Sequence record: LR756500.1
Reading direction: 5' to 3' (one strand)
Length of the DNA: 64,000 nucleotides
The notes below the pieces were generated by a model. It saw only the letters and a list, made by a program, of their open reading frames with translations. It did not search any database and was not told the DNA's origin. Shown here in pieces: positions 32,118 through 40,158 of this stretch (position 1 is the stretch's first letter; each line of letters starts with the position of its first letter). Position numbers and translations under genes: made by a program.

Positions 32118-32996
32118 TTAAACATAATCACCTTCCTGTATTTCAGGTAACTCTCCCATCTTATTTCTATACAATAATGTAATCATCGGTAAATTTACCC
32201 ATCTTAAATCCTTCTCAACTAATTGATTTTTAATACGTTCAAGAATGTCCCTGTCACTTCCCCGAGGTTCGCTGCGTACTGGTGAAGTAAGAAATTGCTC
32301 TCTTACATTTCTATATCTTAAATCCTTAAATTCCTTCAAATCCCAACAAAATGTTGAATGCCAACTTTCTGTTATATGAGAAATATTATTCCCCCCTATA
32401 TGTTTAACAACTCCTCTTTCTGGTCTACAATATGTATCTGTTCCTGTTTTATATCTTTTTATTATAGCTGTCGAAGAAAAGAATTTTGCTTTAGGATATC
32501 TAGTTATTGCCTTAGCCATATATTCTAGATGGTTAGGAAGCCATATATCATCGTGATCTAAACGACAAATAAAATTTACACCATCCCTTACTGCTTTATC
32601 AATAGCTATATTTGCAGCAACATCAGACCCTGAATGCCAAAGATCTGCCCCCCTGAATCGGATCCTTTCACCTGGCAGTTCCAGATTTTCATATACGATT
32701 TTTGAGTATTCGAATGATTCAACTAAAGGCTTGATTTCATTATCACTTTCATAGTCATCACCCATTAGATAAATTTTGTAGTTTTGGTATGATTGGTTTT
32801 TGATAGATTGAAGAGCTTCTTGTAATCTCATAGGAGTAGTACCATCGCTTCTTTTATAGGTAGCAACTATAATACCAAATCTTATATTTGTTCTGTGTTC
32901 TATTTTTTTGAATTTATCTATTTTATCCGATAAATCATTTTGTTTATTTTGATCTTCTTGATTAAAATTTTGAAAATTTTCTAATAAGGTGTCCAT
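32118..32996 (-). CDS. family 2 glycosyltransferase
   Basis: IIVATYKR, YLMGDD, RLDHDDIWLPNHL (DxD). Confidence 0.8.
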   Translation of the reverse strand: MDTLLENFQNFNQEDQNKQNDLSDKIDKFKKIEHRTNIRFGIIVATYKRSDGTTPMRLQEALQSIKNQSYQNYKIYLMGDDYESDNEIKPLVESFEYSKIVYENLELPGERIRFRGADLWHSGSDVAANIAIDKAVRDGVNFICRLDHDDIWLPNHLEYMAKAITRYPKAKFFSSTAIIKRYKTGTDTYCRPERGVVKHIGGNNISHITESWHSTFCWDLKEFKDLRYRNVREQFLTSPVRSEPRGSDRDILERIKNQLVEKDLRWVNLPMITLLYRNKMGELPEIQEGDYV

Positions 32997-33040
32997 AAAA
33001 ATATTATTTGAATATATATTTGGAATTTTAATTTTATTTT

Positions 33041-33060
33041 AAACTTTTTTATTATATTTA
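33041..33060 (+). promoter_or_regulatory. repeated promoter-like motif upstream of cassette array 2
   Basis: AAACTTTTTTATTATATTTA at the strand-switch point. Confidence 0.6.
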
Positions 33061-33160
33061 AATTTAATAATATTTAGTTATATGAATCAAAATTTAAAAA
33101 TATTAATAAAATGAGAACAATAAAGGCACAGAAGACTTAATTACTGGTATAATTATTGAA

Positions 33161-33316
33161 ATGAAAAACGAAGACAACTTTGAAAGAAAAGCTGCACAGC
33201 GAATAATCGAAGCACTAACAGATGAAAATAATTTGAATATACCCCCAGTTATCGTTTCAATTTGCGATGGTCTTTTGTTTGAATGTACTGATAGAGAAAC
33301 AATACATAACGAATGA
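33161..33316 (+). CDS. cassette ORF, 51 aa
   Basis: LNIPPVIVS is encoded by the half-site (GTTATCG at 33248). Confidence 0.5.
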   Translation: MKNEDNFERKAAQRIIEALTDENNLNIPPVIVSICDGLLFECTDRETIHNE

Positions 33317-33437
33317 TGCGTTTATTCTCGTTGCCGTATTAGGAGCAGAAATTATTAACCATAAAATAAACACAATATGAAAAAAGGAACTTCAAATAAG
33401 CAGAAAGCAGGCAATAGAATTAAACGCAATGTTATAA
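33304..33437 (-). repeat. attC-like site D1
   Basis: ACATAAC..TGCGTTTATTCTCGTTGCC...GGCAATAGAATTAAACGCA-at-GTTATAA. Confidence 0.8.
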
Positions 33438-33604
33438 AATTGTTGCCCGACCGGAGAATTTATGATGAATACACATTTATAATTGGAAGTATGCAACACG
33501 GAACATCCTACATGGGTAAATCGGACGAAACTATAAAACACCACGACAATATAATCGCATGGCTTAAAAAACGTAGAGAGGAGTTTAAGGGCAATGTTTT
33601 ATAA
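33377..33604 (+). CDS. cassette ORF, hypothetical; starts inside D1 and stops in the next core
   Basis: Cores GTTATAAAA and TTTTATAAC, 9/9. Confidence 0.65.
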   Translation: MKKGTSNKQKAGNRIKRNVIKLLPDRRIYDEYTFIIGSMQHGTSYMGKSDETIKHHDNIIAWLKKRREEFKGNVL

Positions 33605-33731
33605 CGGACGGCGGTTGGCTTTCGTTGCCGATGCTCGATTAACGACAAATGATTATTAATAGTAAAAATTTAAAATTATGCAGACAGATTCTAAAAACCA
33701 AATAGGCAATGAAGCTAATACCATGTTATGT
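33599..33731 (-). repeat. attC-like site D2
   Basis: TTATAAC..GGTTGGCTTTCGTTGCC...GGCAATGAAGCTAATACC-at-GTTATGT. Confidence 0.8.
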
Positions 33732-33905
33732 GAAGTGTATTTTGTAAAAAAAGGTAAAAAGTTTATGAAAGGACATGGATATAGCACATTAAAAGGATAT
33801 AAATTTAGTTGGACTTTCAATAAAAACGAAGCAAGAAAAATGGAATATAGCACAGCAAATAGTTTAGCAATTTCAAGCGGTGGTGTATTGAAACAACAAC
33901 TATAA
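33678..33905 (+). CDS. cassette ORF, hypothetical; starts inside D2
   Basis: GNEANTMLCEV is encoded by the attC arm. Confidence 0.65.
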   Translation: MQTDSKNQIGNEANTMLCEVYFVKKGKKFMKGHGYSTLKGYKFSWTFNKNEARKMEYSTANSLAISSGGVLKQQL

Positions 33906-33952
33906 ATGGTCAATTAGTAGAAATTCCACGCTACGACCCTCTTTATTATTGT

Positions 33953-34067
33953 GGCTAACGGTTGCAAATATAAAACGTTGCAACATGAATGTAATTAAAT
34001 GAAACAAAACTTGAAAAAATGCTCGAATAACCACGGATGCCCAACTGTTTTATACCATATGTTAGCG
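33953..34067 (-). repeat. attC-like site D3
   Basis: GGCTAAC..TATAAAAC...GTTTTATA..GTTAGCG; body shared with C2. Confidence 0.85.
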
Positions 34068-34103
34068 GTAGTGATTTTTTAACTTATTAATATTTAACGA
34101 TTT

Positions 34104-34991
34104 ATGAAAACAAAAAGATTTGATAGTTCAGAAGGTAATGTTTGGAAATATGTATTTGACTTTGAAAATGCAGTTGCCGAAGCGGTACTTTACAAATATG
34201 AAAACTTTTACAAAAGGACTGTACTTTGCGTGAGTGTGCAAAGTGGATGCCCTGTTGGTTGCAAATTTTGCGGAACTGGCAAAAAGTTTATTAGAAACCT
34301 TACAAACTTAGAAATAGTTGCACAGGTTAAACATTGCTTAAAAGACATGAATATTGAAAATGTTAATTCGGCTAGTGATCGTTTCCAAATAATGTTTATG
34401 AGTATGGGTGAACCTACTTTAAATATTGATAATGTAATAACGGCAATAAAGGATTTAAACAACTTATATCCAAATGCTGAATTACTTATTTCAACTATGG
34501 GGGCAAAAAACAATACCGCTTTTGAAAAACTGTTAAAAGTAAGTATTGAAATACAAAAGGTTGGTTTGCAATTTTCAGTACATGAAGCATTTGAAGAAAA
34601 AAGAAACCAATTAATATCATTTAAAAATAAATTGAATTTACGTGAAATGCGTGATTTTGGCATTGAGTGGAATAGGCAAACAAAACGCCCTGTATATGTG
34701 AATTATTGCATTGGAGAAACAAACCAAAGCAATGAAGAGATGGATAGGCTTAAAGACTTATTTAGCCCTGCTCTTTTCAATTTTACATTTTCGGTTATTT
34801 GCTCTTCTGATGAAAACATGAAAGATAAAGGATATAGAGAACTGAACAAGATAAACACAATTACTTCATCATTTGTTGAATGTGGTTATAATGTTCGAGT
34901 TTTCGACCCTGCTGGTCAAGATGATATTGGGGGCGGGTGCGGACAATTATGGTATGTACAAAACTGGATGCGTGACCATCATTACCGCTAA
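34104..34991 (+). CDS. RlmN/Cfr-family radical SAM methyltransferase carried as a gene cassette
   Basis: LCVSVQSGCPVGCKFC, FMSMGEP, DIGGGCGQL; cores GTTAGCGGTA and TACCGCTAAC, 10/10. Confidence 0.85.
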   Translation: MKTKRFDSSEGNVWKYVFDFENAVAEAVLYKYENFYKRTVLCVSVQSGCPVGCKFCGTGKKFIRNLTNLEIVAQVKHCLKDMNIENVNSASDRFQIMFMSMGEPTLNIDNVITAIKDLNNLYPNAELLISTMGAKNNTAFEKLLKVSIEIQKVGLQFSVHEAFEEKRNQLISFKNKLNLREMRDFGIEWNRQTKRPVYVNYCIGETNQSNEEMDRLKDLFSPALFNFTFSVICSSDENMKDKGYRELNKINTITSSFVECGYNVRVFDPAGQDDIGGGCGQLWYVQNWMRDHHYR

Positions 34992-35085
34992 CATAAATAT
35001 ATAAATAATAATATATAATTAATTAAATATGAATGCCTTAGGACAATCAATGTTAATAAAATTTAAAAAATATTTAATGTTGAAA
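34987..35085 (-). repeat. 99-bp element, copy 2 (attI-like site at the end of array 2)
   Basis: 97/99 identical to the reverse complement of 23722-23820; contains TATAAATA facing the LRR gene. Confidence 0.85.
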
Positions 35086-35108
35086 AATTATTTAATTTTA
35101 TAAAATAA

Positions 35109-35759
35109 ATGGAATATAACGATAAAAATGGATTAGAATTAATAGCTGAATTAGCTAAAGTTAGTACTGATAAGCTAATGAATTTAACTATTTTAATACT
35201 AAGTAGTAATAAATTGACTTCTATACCAAAAGAGATAGGATTACTTACTAATTTAAGAGAATTACGTTTATCCAATAATGAATTAACATCTGTACCAAAA
35301 GAGATAGGAAATTTGGTAAATTTACAACATTTACATTTAAATAGTAATAAATTAACTTCTATACCATTAGAAATATTTAATCTTATAAAATTAACTAAAT
35401 TATTATTATATAGTAATAAATTGACTTCTATACCAAAAGAGATAGGAAATTTAATAAATTTACAGCGTTTATTTTTAAGTTATAATGCATTGACTTCATT
35501 ACCTAAAGAGATAGGAAATTTGGTAAATTTATGTGAATTACTATATACAAATACTAAGATGGTTTCAATACCTATTGAGTTAGTTAAGTTAAATGTTTTT
35601 CCAAAGTTAGATTTATCAGAATTAACTCTGCCGTTATGGGCTGAATTATTTCAAGAAGATAAATTTAAAGTTATTAAGCATAAAGATTTTCCAAAAGATT
35701 TAAGAAATCATCCATGGTTTATTGATGTAGCTTATGCAGATGATTTTGGACTTATTTAA
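35109..35759 (+). CDS. leucine-rich repeat protein
   Basis: About six 23-aa repeats LTSIPKEIGNLxNLxxLxLxxN, with DNA-level repeats TTGACTTCTATACCAAAAGAGATAGGA. Confidence 0.9.
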   Translation: MEYNDKNGLELIAELAKVSTDKLMNLTILILSSNKLTSIPKEIGLLTNLRELRLSNNELTSVPKEIGNLVNLQHLHLNSNKLTSIPLEIFNLIKLTKLLLYSNKLTSIPKEIGNLINLQRLFLSYNALTSLPKEIGNLVNLCELLYTNTKMVSIPIELVKLNVFPKLDLSELTLPLWAELFQEDKFKVIKHKDFPKDLRNHPWFIDVAYADDFGLI

Positions 35760-35771
35760 AAATATTATAAT

Positions 35772-36309
35772 ATGATAATGAAAGTAATAAATGATCAAAG
35801 ACCGATATTTAATGGCCAATTTATAGCATTTGTAACAGGTTTAAAAAGTATTAATACATATCCAAAATATTTGAGAATTGGTGAAGTTATAGATGCAAAA
35901 GATTATGTAATTAAAGAATTAGTAAATAGTAAAATATGGAAAGTATATCCATCTAATATTATTACTACTGGTGATGATGGTATAGTTCAAGGTGTTGCAT
36001 CACAAATAGTTTTCACAGAAAAATTATAAATTAAAAATGGAAAATATTGTTTTATTAACAGAAGAAAAAGAATTTTTATATTCAAAGATTGAGTATATTA
36101 AAAAGAAGAATTTACAAAATAAAAATTTAGATATATACAATTTTCTTAAAAATGAAGAAGATGAGGTTGTATCTGAAGATTTATTTATAAAAATTCTTAA
36201 TTGTTTAGAGTATACATTTAAGAAAAAGTTAAAAGGTTTAGACAAGCCTATAAAGAAAGAAGTATTTGAATCTTTATTAAATAAGGTTCCTAAAATATGG
36301 AAAGAATAA
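35772..36309 (+). other. two hypothetical CDS (35772-36029, 36037-36309)
   Basis: ORF track. Confidence 0.55.
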
Positions 36310-37458
36310 TTATTCTATATTTGGATAATTAAAAAGTTTATTTTGATAGTTTTTAAGAATAAGATTTCCATTTTCATCTTTACCTTGATAGTATTCAGGA
36401 AGAATAGGAATTTTACCTCCTCCACCTGGAGCATCAATTACAAAGGTAGGTATAGCATAGCCTGAAGTATTACCTCTAAGATTAAACATTATTTCTATTC
36501 CTTTTTCGATTGAGGTTCTAAAATGTTCTGAACCTAGAATTGGATCACATTGATATAAATAGTACGGTCTAACTCTAACTTTAAGTAATTCATGAAATAA
36601 TTTTTTAAGAATTAATGAGTCATCATTAATTCCTTTAAGTAATACCGTTTGAGATCCTAATGGAATTCCAGCATTTGCTAATAAGTTGCAAGCTTGTTTT
36701 ACTTCAGGAGTAATTTCATCTGGATGAGTAAAATGTATACTCATAAAAAGAGGATGATATTTTTGTAGAATATTTATTAGTTTTTTGTTTATTCTTTGTG
36801 GAAGTATAACTGGAACTTTGGTTCCAATTCTTATTATTTCAATATGTTTGATATTTCTAATAGTTGATAATAAATAATCAAGTTGTGAATCAGGTAAAGT
36901 TAATGGATCACCGCCAGAAATTATTACATCTCTTATTTCAGTATGTTCTCGCAAATAATTAAAAGCAGATTCCCAATTATTTAAATTTTTTTCTTTTGCT
37001 ACAATATGAGAACGTGTACAATATCTACAATATGTTGCACAAAAATCTGTTGCTAAAAATAAAACTCTATCTGGATATCGATGTATAATATTAGGTACCG
37101 GATTATCTTCATTTTCATTTAATGGATCTGATAATTCACCCTCATTTATATAATATTCATTTACAATCGGAATAACGCTTTTTCTTAATGATTGCAATGA
37201 ATTATTTTTATCTATTAAGCTAGAATAATAAGGTGTTATTCTTATAGGTAATGAATCTTTATTATTATCATTTATAGATTTTTCATTATCATTTAAATTA
37301 AAAAAATCATTTAATTGTTTAATGTTTGTAATACTATTTTTTATTTGCCATCGCCAGTCATTCCACTGTTCTTTTGATGTATTAGGAAAATTTTCTTTTA
37401 AATATTCTATTGATTTTTCACTAGGTTCTATAAGTGAGATATCATCATTTTTGTCCAT
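36310..37458 (-). CDS. kamA: lysine 2,3-aminomutase (KamA-family radical SAM/PLP enzyme)
   Basis: WNDWRWQ, HRYPDRVL, CATYCRYC, SGGDPL, PYYLYQCD, DAPGGGGK (PLP Lys). Confidence 0.9.
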   Translation of the reverse strand: MDKNDDISLIEPSEKSIEYLKENFPNTSKEQWNDWRWQIKNSITNIKQLNDFFNLNDNEKSINDNNKDSLPIRITPYYSSLIDKNNSLQSLRKSVIPIVNEYYINEGELSDPLNENEDNPVPNIIHRYPDRVLFLATDFCATYCRYCTRSHIVAKEKNLNNWESAFNYLREHTEIRDVIISGGDPLTLPDSQLDYLLSTIRNIKHIEIIRIGTKVPVILPQRINKKLINILQKYHPLFMSIHFTHPDEITPEVKQACNLLANAGIPLGSQTVLLKGINDDSLILKKLFHELLKVRVRPYYLYQCDPILGSEHFRTSIEKGIEIMFNLRGNTSGYAIPTFVIDAPGGGGKIPILPEYYQGKDENGNLILKNYQNKLFNYPNIE

Positions 37459-37592
37459 TTTAATTTTATTTTAAACATTGTAAATTGTATTTTATTTATT
37501 CACTTTTTTAAAATAATTTTATAGGATATGCATAAAATGTTTTAATTATAAAAAATGTTCGGGTGATATATAAAAAAAATAATGTTTAAGTT

Positions 37593-39044
37593 ATGAGTTT
37601 ACTAAATTTTAATGATTATAGATATAAAAGACTAGAAAAAGAAACTATTATAGACAAAAGAGTTATAATGGAACAAGCAGAATATGTTGCTGCTTTAAAT
37701 GAAGCTTTTGCATCTAAAAATATTATGCGTATGATTGCTTTAGCTGATAGACAGTCCCAAAAAGCATGGTACAGTTCGTTCGTAAAAGACTTTTATAAAG
37801 TTTATAATATTAGTATTGACAAAGTTAAAGATGAAGATTTTAAAGAAGCTAATGTTGAAGATTTTTTTAGAGGTGGAAAATTATATAAAGATGAAGTTAG
37901 ATCTGAATTAAAAGGTAAATTTCCAATTGATAAAAGATATTTAGCTATATGTATTAATAGAGATAAAGATAATACTTTAGAAAGAGCAGCAAAAGAAGAT
38001 TTAGAAACTCTAAACAAATATTTAAAAGAAGTTGGATTTGATCTTAAAAAAGAAGTTCCAGAATTATTAAAAGCTGCTAGCGATAATCCAGCTAAATTTA
38101 AAACTGTACTTTCACAAAAGTTAAAAGAAAAAAATGTTGATGATATAGCATTTAAAAAAATACATAATGTATTTACAGAATATGATAATATTAGAAAAAT
38201 AGAAATTCCAGTAATTACATCTATTATAATCGGTGGACATGCAGTATATCATGGTTTTGAACCTTCAACTACTGAAGTTAGAGAAAAAAGAGAAATAGCA
38301 CTTCCAGTTCCTACGATGTGGAGAGAAGATAGATATGGTGTATTACATTCACCAACATTAATTCATAGATATGTTCCAATTGATCAAGTTACAAATCTTA
38401 AAATTTTTAAATCAGTTTCTCAACCTACGATTGAAGCAGCTACTGATACTGTATATTATGTTGATGTTGATGAATTATCAGCAAAATATGATATGGGTAC
38501 AAAAATGAGTGATAGAAAAATAGCAAAATCTGGTAGCCCATTCTTTATGAGTAATGAAGAAATTAAAGCAGAAACAAAACGTTTAATGTTGCTTAAAACA
38601 AAACATAAAATAGATACACATGCAATGACTGCTTTATATCTATTCTGCATTAAAAGATTTACTATGGAAATGGCTAAAGATTCTTTTAAAATGGATAATG
38701 TAGAATTTACTATTGGAAGTCAAAAAATTACTTCAGGAATTAAAATATTAGATCATTTTAATACACTTTTAAAAGAATATCAAAAAGTTAATTCAGCATA
38801 TAGTGATTTCTTAAAAAATATTACTCCTGCTGATGAAGATTTAATTACAAATAAACTTACTTCTAAATTTTCATTAGATGCAAAACAACAAGCTATCAGC
38901 GATCAATTATCTGGTTATATTGAACAGATATTAGGATTCAGACAAAAAGCTTTAGACATGTATAGTCAAATGCAACAAATAGGAATTACTTTTACTAAAG
39001 ATGAAATTAAACAACTTTCACCTTCATTAGAATTAGGAAAATAA
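37593..39044 (+). CDS. hypothetical 483-aa helical protein
   Basis: Long ORF followed by a terminator. Confidence 0.7.
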   Translation: MSLLNFNDYRYKRLEKETIIDKRVIMEQAEYVAALNEAFASKNIMRMIALADRQSQKAWYSSFVKDFYKVYNISIDKVKDEDFKEANVEDFFRGGKLYKDEVRSELKGKFPIDKRYLAICINRDKDNTLERAAKEDLETLNKYLKEVGFDLKKEVPELLKAASDNPAKFKTVLSQKLKEKNVDDIAFKKIHNVFTEYDNIRKIEIPVITSIIIGGHAVYHGFEPSTTEVREKREIALPVPTMWREDRYGVLHSPTLIHRYVPIDQVTNLKIFKSVSQPTIEAATDTVYYVDVDELSAKYDMGTKMSDRKIAKSGSPFFMSNEEIKAETKRLMLLKTKHKIDTHAMTALYLFCIKRFTMEMAKDSFKMDNVEFTIGSQKITSGIKILDHFNTLLKEYQKVNSAYSDFLKNITPADEDLITNKLTSKFSLDAKQQAISDQLSGYIEQILGFRQKALDMYSQMQQIGITFTKDEIKQLSPSLELGK

Positions 39045-39050
39045 ATTATA

Positions 39051-39079
39051 AAAAAGGAACTAAAATTTAGTTCCTTTTT
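39051..39079. terminator. hairpin terminator
   Basis: AAAAAGGAACTAAA-a-TTTAGTTCCTTTTT. Confidence 0.7.
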
Positions 39080-39122
39080 AGTTTGGTATAATTTTTGATG
39101 TATAACTCTTAAAATAAATTTT

Positions 39123-39707
39123 ATGAAAACTTTCTTATTAACAATAGTATTATGTTTTATTTCCATTTTATCTTTTTCTCAATATCAAGATTATGAAAAT
39201 AGAATTAAAAAATTTCATCATCATAATCACTATTATTCTTATTATGATTATCCAAATTATAATTATGAATTATATAGTTATTATGTTAAATCTTGTAATT
39301 TTGAAATAATTATTTCATTTAATTCGAATACATATTATAAATATTATGTGTATGATAGAAAGTATAATAATTATTGGAGCTTATTTAATTATAACTACAA
39401 TGTTAATTGTTCTAACTATAGTAATCTCAGATCTAATAATAATATATCAATACAAACAAACAAACCACAAGTAGTAAATAATACAAAGCCTATTATTTAT
39501 AATAAACCTTCATCAACGAACATCTCTGTTAATAGAAAGCCTTATTATAATAGTACCTATAATAACAAATCATCTAATACTACGTATAATAAAAATAATT
39601 ATAGTAAGCCTGTAACAGAATCAGGTAAATTTCATGGAACACGAAATACGAATCACGGAATAAAAACTCAAAAAATTAACAAAACAGTAATTAACCATCG
39701 TCATTAA
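39123..39707 (+). CDS. secreted Tyr/Asn-rich low-complexity protein
   Basis: Signal-peptide-like N-terminus; Y/N-rich body. Confidence 0.55.
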   Translation: MKTFLLTIVLCFISILSFSQYQDYENRIKKFHHHNHYYSYYDYPNYNYELYSYYVKSCNFEIIISFNSNTYYKYYVYDRKYNNYWSLFNYNYNVNCSNYSNLRSNNNISIQTNKPQVVNNTKPIIYNKPSSTNISVNRKPYYNSTYNNKSSNTTYNKNNYSKPVTESGKFHGTRNTNHGIKTQKINKTVINHRH

Positions 39708-40158
39708 AAAATAAAAATTATATAAAATCTAAACAATTTTTTACGGATTACTAATCACGGAATAAACTGTCAAAATTAATTAATTTCCATATAAATGAAA
39801 ATACTATAAATTGTATAAAAACATTAAATGTAAATTATAAAGCTAGAAATAGCTGAATAATAAATTTATGATTAATAATCTTAATAACTACAAAAATTCT
39901 AATAACCACAAAACAAATAAAGTTAATTACAAAACAAAATTAAAAATACGTTAATCTTTCTATTTTAAATTTTAATACCATTTTATTAAATTTAAGTAAA
40001 TATAATAATTTTGTAAATATTAAAAAATATTTGAATATACATATTTTTAATGCATTGGGATTTTTTATTAACAATTTTGGCCGCCTATTGTTAATAAAAA
40101 AACTACAAAATTTATAGAATTCTATATATAAATTATAATATAAATTACTTTAATTTTT

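Larger units (their letters stand above)
33161..34992 (-). mobile_element. integron-like cassette array 2 (3-4 cassettes; ORFs on the plus strand, attC polarity minus)
   Basis: attC-like sites D1-D3, half-site at 33248 and terminal 99-bp element. Confidence 0.8.

Noticed and set aside
39651-40158. 14-bp repeat AATCACGGAATAAA (39651, 39753) and the AT-rich gap after it as a replication origin
   Set aside because: Only two copies, resembling a decayed duplication of the gene 3' end; no iteron array or adjacent replication gene.
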